NCBI GenBank assembly: GCA_963784645.1
Contig: CAWARY010000015.1
Span: forward strand, 497,688-561,687
Reading direction: 5' to 3'
Length of the DNA stretch: 64,000 bases
From: an uncultured Actinomycetota bacterium
Lineage (GTDB): Bacteria > Actinomycetota > Actinomycetes > JACCUZ01
Shown here one piece after another: positions 58,801 to 64,000 of the stretch (its first letter is position 1; the number at the start of each line of letters is the position of its first letter). The notes below the pieces were generated by a model. That model was not told the DNA's origin, did no database searches, and saw only the letters and a program-made list of their open reading frames with translations. A program made the position numbers and the translations under genes.

Positions 58801-61125
58801 TCGAACGGCATCCGCTCGCCGGTGGCGGCGTACACCGCCGGCTACGACTTCAACGCCGACGGCGCGCAGCTCGTGGCCGACCGGCTGGCCAAGCTCGTGG
58901 CGGCAACTTCCTCCGCGACGACCATCAACGGCACCTGGTCCAGGACCGACGCGGTCAACGGCATGGCCTCGGCGGCGCACGGCTACATCTCCGTGAACGC
59001 TCACTACGACGCATACCGCGCCCTGCCGGCCGACGAGTTCAGCGGCGGGACGCAGAACCAGCTGCTCACACCGAACGACCTGCCGTCCGATCTCACCGGT
59101 GGTGTCCTGTTCACGATCGGCTGCCACACCGGTCTCAGCGTCGCCGACACGTTCGTCGCGACGACGACCGAGGCGGTCCGCAAGAGCGACTGGGCCCAGG
59201 GTGTCGCCTCGCGCGGTGGCGTGCTGGCGGCCAACACCGGCTTCGGCTACGGCGACAGCGAGGCGGTCGCCTACAGCGAGCGGCTGATGGCCGACTTCGC
59301 CGCCAACCTCGACGGGACGATGACCGTCGGGCAGGCGCTCATGTTCGCCAAGCAGCGCTACGTGCACCTGCCGATGGCTGTCGTCGACGCGAAGGTGATG
59401 CAGGAGGCGACCTTCTACGGCCTGCCGATGTACCGCCTCGGTGCCTCCGGTTCGTCAGCCCCGGCCGTGCTGCCGAGCGCCCCGCCGCCCGGTGGCAGCA
59501 GCACCACGCAGGGGTCCCTGCAGACCGCGTCCTTCGGCAGCCGCCTGGTGGCGCAGACCGGTCCTCGCGGCACCTGGTACGGCGTCCAGGACAGCCCGAC
59601 CAGCCCGGTCCAGGCGCCGCTGGCCATCCCGGGCCGGCCGCTGCAGCCGGAGGCCACCGTCACGTTCCCGAAGGTCTCCGGCACGGAGGTGCACGGCGTC
59701 GTCATCGAGGCACTCAGCACCAAGGTGACGTCGACCACAGGTGCGTTCAACCCGGTGTACTCCGCAGCAGTGCCGGACTCGAGCACCACCAAGCCGGAGC
59801 CGCAGACCCAGGGGGCCTTCTTCCCGGCCACCCTGGCCAACGTCGTCGAGCGGGCCACACCGGCGGGGATCAGGGACGCCGTCGTCCTGCACCCCGGCCA
59901 GTTCCGGGCCGCGTCCCCGACGACCGGGCTCGGCTTCCAGCAGCTCGCCGACTCGATGCAGTACCGGCTGCTGTACTCCGACAGCGCGGACGTGACCCCG
60001 GCGACGATCAAGACCGTCGACGGGACCGTGACCGGCTCGACGGCGACCTTCGACGTCACCACCGGCAGCGACGCGGTGTCGGCAACGGTGCTCTTCCTGG
60101 CCCGCAGCAGCAACGGCCCACAGGCTTGGACCAGGGTTGCGCTCTCCCAGACCGGGCCGGGCACCTTCCACGGCACTGCCACCGGGATCATGACGACCAC
60201 CATCGAGCAGTACTTCGTCCAGGTCGTCGACGACGCCAACAACGTCTCGGTGTCGAGCAAGAAGGGCCAGGACTTCGCGGCGCCGGCAGCACCGGCCGAC
60301 TCGGGGGCGCCGACGATCTCCGTCCTGGGCACTCCTGTGAACAACGCGTACGTCGGTCCGCAGACGGTGGCGATCACCGGTCCCGGTCCGATCCGCTACA
60401 CCATCGGCACCGGTTCGCCCACGGACTACACAGGCGCGTTCGTGGTCGCGGGCCCGGGCAGCCGGACGGTCACGGCGACCGGCCCGGGCGGGACCGCGAT
60501 CCTGACCTTCACCATCCTCGGTACTCCGGCGCCGACCGTGAGCATCTCGAGCCCCGCCGAGGGCGGGGCGTACCCGCCCGACCGGCCGATCGCCGCCGTG
60601 TACCGGTGCGACGGGTACCAGGTGACGACCTGCGTGCCGAACCCTGCCACGCCTGCGACCACCGTCGGCTCGCACACCTACTCGGTGACCGCCACCGACG
60701 CGGCAGGTCACAGCACGACGGCCACCGTGCACTACGCGGTGCAGTACGGCTTCGTCGGGCTGCTCCAGCCTGTCAACGACGCCGTCGGACAGCCGTTCAG
60801 CACCTTCAAGAAGAACTCGACCGTCCCGCTGAAGTTCCAGCTGCTCACCGGCACCGGTCCGCTGTCCGCGACGGCGTCCGCCGCCCTCGCGGCCTCGTGC
60901 GATCTCAAGGTCTCCTACATCGCGGTGGGTACCACGTCGGCTCCGGTGGACGAGTCCCTGTACACGGATGCGGCTGACTCGGGCGGCTGCTTCAAGTGGG
61001 ACGGATCGCAGTTCCACTACAACTTCGGCACCAAGTCGCTGTCGGCCGGAACGGTCTACCAGCTGCGCATCCGGTCCACCTCCGGCTCCGTGGCCGACCA
61101 TCTGGTGCGCATCGGCGTGCGCTGA
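55816..61125 (+). CDS. giant secreted multidomain protein (intact 1769-aa frame segment): delta-60 repeat end, PLRVS x9 linker, caspase-like (clan CD-like) His/Cys domain, Ig-like C-terminal domains
   Basis: Listed ORF starts at GTG 55816 but is in-frame continuous with the upstream repeats. Contains: 9 x PLRVS (56473-56607); candidate His-Gly (…MASAAHGYISVNAHYD…, ~58975) and Cys (…GGVLFTIGCHTG…, ~59121) about 47 residues apart, preceded by hydrophobic strands; a further block of beta-rich Ig-like repeats; C-terminal VPLKFQL-containing domain. Confidence 0.6.
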   Translation: MAGTCPESVAPFNANVNVVWRLDGGDQVPLPTTPLAYPSGPNYANLHATGISVNSAGRSVTVAPGAALTLGFHYSFDNPVATDICSSVCITQVIAGFTNAGPDLCFEAGGAEKNGANATVSGSLTAPTRPGRYYIGFGRTYQNACSSGGGTWTGIGKPWSGNRVPQVGEFLAEVNVVDAVSNVSVSPDRASVPFGQRTIPVSSISADSLTGSLANLQAAPLRVSPLRVSPLRVSPLRVSPLRVSPLRVSPLRVSPLRVSPLRVSPIPLSDVPLDPPNDWTTVLAGTVFANQPLQNVTLQQVLDLDPPPASVAALSLADIDLSRTALRNVSLVAFLLGSTPVSSLQLSGLSGVDTSKSLLELELTGVDVSGAYGNGIRLAAGASLADDAPLKRMRLGDLWLSQTPFGALPLSSVPTGWYAGCTGCTTLADVQANDVDAGIKDAATVGSALGEQLTGFNPTIASILPGLVSRDQLGYERIPSATLAASAPLPSSGVTYTAAFTINCSLSTGPVTVDFTLPAGFRPIPSTASISVASLGNLAVTTSTVGSAYRLTSAGVGCSSTRQVTAKVDAEPGLALGSTTDSVTATFAGVSRSVSDAAPVTVIDSTGDIAVSTDNSKPTGTVFLGYVSAQGDQDTYVLPALPAGTRLTVRLAGITAGHDDDLSVFGPDVPALHDSVGSAPLRVSPLRVSPLRVSGVDDTTLDPSSSGTTAGTEPQPDVPVQPPPGTNAVLGVSANRGAADESLTYTVPDGASSGPTKIVVSGYNGSSDTGTPYALLVSVDPPAGAPSCAAPSFPSAGQGTSAGPVLTSIPSNTETLIVTNKKRLGDIYGATAADAVMAKLQTLALRSDVKGVVVSVDASSAVQGAYTAWDASSCSPANANAVVKAINGYLDSIRGTAQLKHLVIAGGDQVVPMGRVIDRVDLENESTFAPEQVYNGKDNALSGSLRGGYLLSDDPYGDLNPVPWLDSALYVPDIAIGRLVETPADITKAVDQFVASNGIRSPVAAYTAGYDFNADGAQLVADRLAKLVAATSSATTINGTWSRTDAVNGMASAAHGYISVNAHYDAYRALPADEFSGGTQNQLLTPNDLPSDLTGGVLFTIGCHTGLSVADTFVATTTEAVRKSDWAQGVASRGGVLAANTGFGYGDSEAVAYSERLMADFAANLDGTMTVGQALMFAKQRYVHLPMAVVDAKVMQEATFYGLPMYRLGASGSSAPAVLPSAPPPGGSSTTQGSLQTASFGSRLVAQTGPRGTWYGVQDSPTSPVQAPLAIPGRPLQPEATVTFPKVSGTEVHGVVIEALSTKVTSTTGAFNPVYSAAVPDSSTTKPEPQTQGAFFPATLANVVERATPAGIRDAVVLHPGQFRAASPTTGLGFQQLADSMQYRLLYSDSADVTPATIKTVDGTVTGSTATFDVTTGSDAVSATVLFLARSSNGPQAWTRVALSQTGPGTFHGTATGIMTTTIEQYFVQVVDDANNVSVSSKKGQDFAAPAAPADSGAPTISVLGTPVNNAYVGPQTVAITGPGPIRYTIGTGSPTDYTGAFVVAGPGSRTVTATGPGGTAILTFTILGTPAPTVSISSPAEGGAYPPDRPIAAVYRCDGYQVTTCVPNPATPATTVGSHTYSVTATDAAGHSTTATVHYAVQYGFVGLLQPVNDAVGQPFSTFKKNSTVPLKFQLLTGTGPLSATASAALAASCDLKVSYIAVGTTSAPVDESLYTDAADSGGCFKWDGSQFHYNFGTKSLSAGTVYQLRIRSTSGSVADHLVRIGVR
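56473..56607 (+). repeat. 9 x 15-bp in-frame tandem repeat (CCGCTGCGCGTCTCC variants) encoding (PLRVS)9
   Basis: Read directly: ccgctgcgcgtctcc / ccgctgcgggtctcc / ccgttgcgcgtcagc ... with synonymous and near-synonymous variation between units. Confidence 0.9.
57853..57897 (+). repeat. 3 x 15-bp in-frame tandem repeat encoding (PLRVS)3
   Basis: ccgctgcgggtgtcc ccgctgcgggtgtcg ccgctgcgggtgtcc: second, shorter copy of the same peptide linker 1.3 kb downstream in the same gene. Confidence 0.85.
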
Positions 61126-61185
61126 CGCCCCGCTGCCGTCGTTCCCGGGTCGTCCCAGGATCCGGGACGGCGGTAGGGTCGGGCG

Positions 61186-62163
61186 GTGACAACGACCGCT
61201 CCCCCGTCGGTCGCCCCGGCCCTCAGCGGCCTCGACGTCCCGGGCCTGACCGCCTCCGACGCCTCGCTCCGACGGTTCCTGCACGGCCTGCCCGGCGTCG
61301 ACCAGGTCGGCGCCGAGGCCAGGACCGCGACCCTCTCGACCCGGTCGATCAAGACCTCGGCCAAGGCCTGGGCCATCGACCTGGCGATCCGGATGATCGA
61401 CCTCACCACGCTCGAGGGCCAGGACACCCCCGGCAAGGTCCGCGCCCTCTGCGCCAAGGCGATGCGGCCCGACCCGGCCGTGCCGGAGACGCCCCAAGTC
61501 GCCGCGATCTGCGTCTACCCCGACATGGTGCCGGTCGCCGTCGAGGCGCTGCGCGGCAGCGGCGTGCATGTCGCGAGCGTCGCGACCGCCTTCCCGAGCG
61601 GCCGCGCCAGCATGGCGGTCAAGCTCGCCGACGTGCGCGACGCCGTCGAGGCGGGCGCCGACGAGATCGACATGGTCATCGACCGCGGCGCCTTCCTGTC
61701 GGGCCGCTACCTCGAGGTCTACGACGAGATCGTGGCCACCAAGGCTGCCTGCGGCACTGCGCACCTCAAGGTCATCCTCGAGACCGGTGAGCTGGTCACC
61801 TACGACAACGTCCGCCGCGCCTCCTGGATCGGGATGCTCGCCGGCGGCGACTTCATCAAGACCTCGACCGGCAAGATCGCACCTGCCGCCACCCTCCCGG
61901 TGACACTGGTGATGCTCGAGGCGGTGCGCGACTTCCGCGCCGCCACCGGGCGCCAGGTGGGTGTGAAACCGGCGGGCGGCATCCGTACGACGAAGGACGC
62001 CATCAAGTACCTCGTCCTCGTCAACGAGACCGTCGGGGACGACTGGCTCGACCCCGACTGGTTCCGGCTCGGCGCGAGCAGCCTGCTCAACGACCTGCTC
62101 ATGCAGCGCACCAAGATGACCACCGGCCGCTACAGCGGTCCCGACTACTTCACGCTGGACTGA
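61186..62163 (+). CDS. deoC: deoxyribose-phosphate aldolase (long actinobacterial type)
   Basis: GTG 61186. ...IDLTTLEGQDTPGKVRALCAKA...VAAICVYPDMVPVA...GDFIKTSTGKIAPAATL (Schiff-base Lys in KTSTGK)...GVKPAGGIRT. Confidence 0.8.
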   Translation: MTTTAPPSVAPALSGLDVPGLTASDASLRRFLHGLPGVDQVGAEARTATLSTRSIKTSAKAWAIDLAIRMIDLTTLEGQDTPGKVRALCAKAMRPDPAVPETPQVAAICVYPDMVPVAVEALRGSGVHVASVATAFPSGRASMAVKLADVRDAVEAGADEIDMVIDRGAFLSGRYLEVYDEIVATKAACGTAHLKVILETGELVTYDNVRRASWIGMLAGGDFIKTSTGKIAPAATLPVTLVMLEAVRDFRAATGRQVGVKPAGGIRTTKDAIKYLVLVNETVGDDWLDPDWFRLGASSLLNDLLMQRTKMTTGRYSGPDYFTLD

Positions 62164-62168
62164 TCACT

Positions 62169-63611
62169 ATGGCTGGCAAGAAGTTCGAGTACGCCCCCGC
62201 GCCGGAGTCCCGCGCGATCCTGGACCTCAAGCCGTCCTACGGCCTGTTCATCGACGGGCAGTTCGTCGACACCGCAGACGGCCGCACGTTCAAGACGGTC
62301 AGCCCGGCATCGGAGGAGGTGCTCGCCGAGATCACCGAGGCCGGCCCCACCGACGTCGACCGGGCCGTCGCGGCGGCGCGCAAGGCCTACGACAAGGTGT
62401 GGTCCAAGCTGCCGGCCCGGGAGCGCGGCAAGTACCTGTTCCGCATCGCCCGAATCGTGCAGGAGCGGGCCCGCGAGCTCGCAGTGCTCGAGTCGCTCGA
62501 CAACGGCAAGCCGATCCGTGAGTCGCGCGACGTCGACATCCCGCTGGTCGCGGCGTGGTTCTTCCACTACGCCGGCTGGGCCGACAAGCTCGACCACGCC
62601 GGCTTCGGACCCGATCCGAAGCCGCTGGGAGTCGCCGGTCAGGTCATCCCGTGGAACTTCCCGCTGCTCATGCTGGCGTGGAAGATCGCCCCCGCGCTGG
62701 CCTGCGGCAACACCGTGGTCCTGAAGCCGGCCGAGACGACCTCGCTGACCGCGCTGCTGTTCGCGGAGATCTGCCAGCAGGCCGACCTGCCGCCCGGCGT
62801 GGTCAACATCGTCACCGGCGCCGGCGACACCGGTCGCGCGCTCGTCGAGCACCAGGGCGTCGACAAGGTCGCCTTCACCGGCTCGACCGACGTCGGCAAG
62901 ATGATCGCCCGCTCCACCGCCGGGTCGGCCAAGAAGGTCACCCTCGAGCTGGGCGGCAAGGCCGCCAACATCGTGTTCGAGGACGCGCCGGTCGACCAGG
63001 CGGTCGAGGGCATCGTCAACGGCATCTTCTTCAACCAGGGCCACGTCTGCTGCGCCGGCTCGCGCCTGCTGGTCCAGGAGTCGGCGTACGACGAGGTCAT
63101 GGACTCCCTCAAGCGCCGGCTCGGCACGCTGCGCCTCGGTGACCCGCTGGACAAGAACACCGACATCGGCGCGATCAACTCCGCCGAGCAGCTCGCCCGG
63201 ATCCGCGAGCTGTCCGACGTCGGCGAGTCCGAGGGCGCCGAGCGCTGGTCGCCGCCGTGCGAGCTCCCGGCGAAGGGCTTCTGGTTCCCGCCCACCGTCT
63301 TCACCGGCGTCTCGCAGGCACACCGCATCGCCCGCGAGGAGATCTTCGGGCCCGTCCTCTCGGTGCTGACCTTCCGCACCCCCCAGGAGGCCGTCGAGAA
63401 GGCCAACAACACGCCCTACGGCCTGTCCGCGGGCGTCTGGACCGACAAGGGCTCCCGGATCCTCTGGATGGCGAACCAGCTCCGGGCCGGCGTGGTCTGG
63501 GCCAACACGTTCAACCGGTTCGACCCCGCGTCGCCGTTCGGCGGCTACAAGGAGTCGGGCTACGGCCGCGAGGGCGGCCGCCACGGGCTGGAGGCCTACC
63601 TCGATGTCTGA
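62169..63611 (+). CDS. NAD(P)-dependent aldehyde dehydrogenase
   Basis: 480 aa. ...VIPWNFPLLMLAWKIAPALACGNTVVLKPAE...KVTLELGGKAANIVF (catalytic Glu)...FFNQGHVCCAGSRLLV (catalytic Cys)...EEIFGPVL. Confidence 0.9.
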   Translation: MAGKKFEYAPAPESRAILDLKPSYGLFIDGQFVDTADGRTFKTVSPASEEVLAEITEAGPTDVDRAVAAARKAYDKVWSKLPARERGKYLFRIARIVQERARELAVLESLDNGKPIRESRDVDIPLVAAWFFHYAGWADKLDHAGFGPDPKPLGVAGQVIPWNFPLLMLAWKIAPALACGNTVVLKPAETTSLTALLFAEICQQADLPPGVVNIVTGAGDTGRALVEHQGVDKVAFTGSTDVGKMIARSTAGSAKKVTLELGGKAANIVFEDAPVDQAVEGIVNGIFFNQGHVCCAGSRLLVQESAYDEVMDSLKRRLGTLRLGDPLDKNTDIGAINSAEQLARIRELSDVGESEGAERWSPPCELPAKGFWFPPTVFTGVSQAHRIAREEIFGPVLSVLTFRTPQEAVEKANNTPYGLSAGVWTDKGSRILWMANQLRAGVVWANTFNRFDPASPFGGYKESGYGREGGRHGLEAYLDV

Positions 63612-64000
63612 GCGAGTGGACGTCCGCAAGACCTACAAGCTGTTCGTCGGCGGGAAGTTCCCCCGCTCCGAGAGCGGCCGGTCCTACGAGGTCAGCGACA
63701 GCAAGGGCCGCTTCGTCGCCAACGCAGCGATGGCCTCCCGCAAGGACGCCCGCGACGCCGTCGTGGCGGCGCGCAAGGCGTTCCCCGGCTGGGCCGAGGC
63801 CACGGCGTACAACCGCGGCCAGGTGCTCTACCGGGTGGCCGAGCTGCTCGAGGGGCGCCGGTCCCAGTTCGTCGACGAGGTGGCCCTCGGCGAGGGCATC
63901 TCGCGCAGCAGGGCCGAGGGCGTCGTCGACGCCTCGATCGACCGCTGGGTCTGGTACGCCGGGTGGTCGGACAAGCTGTCCCAGGTGATGGGGTCGGCCA
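63604..64000 (+). CDS. second aldehyde dehydrogenase, N-terminal fragment (runs off window end)
   Basis: ATG 63604 overlaps the upstream stop. MSERVDVRKTYKLFVGGKFPRSESGRSYEVSDSKGRFVANAAMASRKDARDAVVAARKAFPGWAE...DRWVWYAGWSDKLSQV: ALDH N-terminus. Own translation; the frame is not in the ORF list because it lacks a stop in-window. Confidence 0.7.
   Translation, partial: MSERVDVRKTYKLFVGGKFPRSESGRSYEVSDSKGRFVANAAMASRKDARDAVVAARKAFPGWAEATAYNRGQVLYRVAELLEGRRSQFVDEVALGEGISRSRAEGVVDASIDRWVWYAGWSDKLSQVMGSA

Noticed and set aside
1-64000. tRNA/rRNA genes and prophage, integrase or transposase genes.
   Set aside because: Intergenic regions were inspected for tRNA T-loop/acceptor signatures and none convincingly found. 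No integrase, transposase, phage structural or toxin-antitoxin pairs recognised in any frame. The only mobile-looking element is the repeat-flanked DUF559 cassette.

Overview
High-GC (about 70%+) actinobacterial chromosomal segment, gene-dense on both strands. Synteny of birA / acyl-CoA carboxylase beta-epsilon / maf ... accA, purE-purK and lpdA-like / PNP / phosphomutase resembles Corynebacteriales and Propionibacteriales core regions. I could not assign a taxon from sequence alone.

Content by function:
- Acyl-CoA carboxylase complex: two carboxyltransferase beta subunits (one methylcrotonyl-CoA-type), an epsilon subunit, one biotin carboxylase alpha subunit, and BirA.
- Leucine/isovalerate catabolism: methylcrotonyl-CoA carboxylase beta, enoyl-CoA hydratase, HMG-CoA lyase, two acyl-CoA dehydrogenases.
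- Biosynthesis and salvage: purE-purK, folE, UDP-glucose 6-dehydrogenase, and a deoxynucleoside salvage set. The salvage set holds an apparently in-frame purine nucleoside phosphorylase::phosphomutase fusion, deoC and two aldehyde dehydrogenases.
- Regulation and signalling: ECF sigma factor; AAA-TPR-LuxR and TPR-LuxR regulators; GGDEF-GAF diguanylate cyclase; class III adenylate cyclases; OmpR/HK two-component pair.

Accessory or unusual content:
1. An AbiEi-like/DUF559 endonuclease-like gene bracketed by four copies of a GC-rich palindromic repeat (one solo copy upstream, three 87-bp tandem copies downstream).
2. A roughly 3.8-kb adenylate cyclase-AAA-TPR gene broken by at least five frameshifts.
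3. A giant signal-peptide-bearing protein of more than 2200 aa. It has N-terminal delta-60-type beta-propeller repeats (themselves frameshifted), a 9x tandem 15-bp coding repeat (PLRVS), a caspase-like His/Cys domain and C-terminal Ig-like domains.
4. A four-gene putative membrane-sensing operon: small transmembrane protein, Zn-ribbon 910-aa polytopic membrane protein, OmpR response regulator, histidine kinase. It is preceded by a 34-bp perfect palindrome.
5. An 824-aa polytopic membrane protein with a C-terminal GxSxG alpha/beta-hydrolase domain.

No tRNA, rRNA or CRISPR array was seen. All protein identities rest on motif recognition in the supplied translations, not on database searches.
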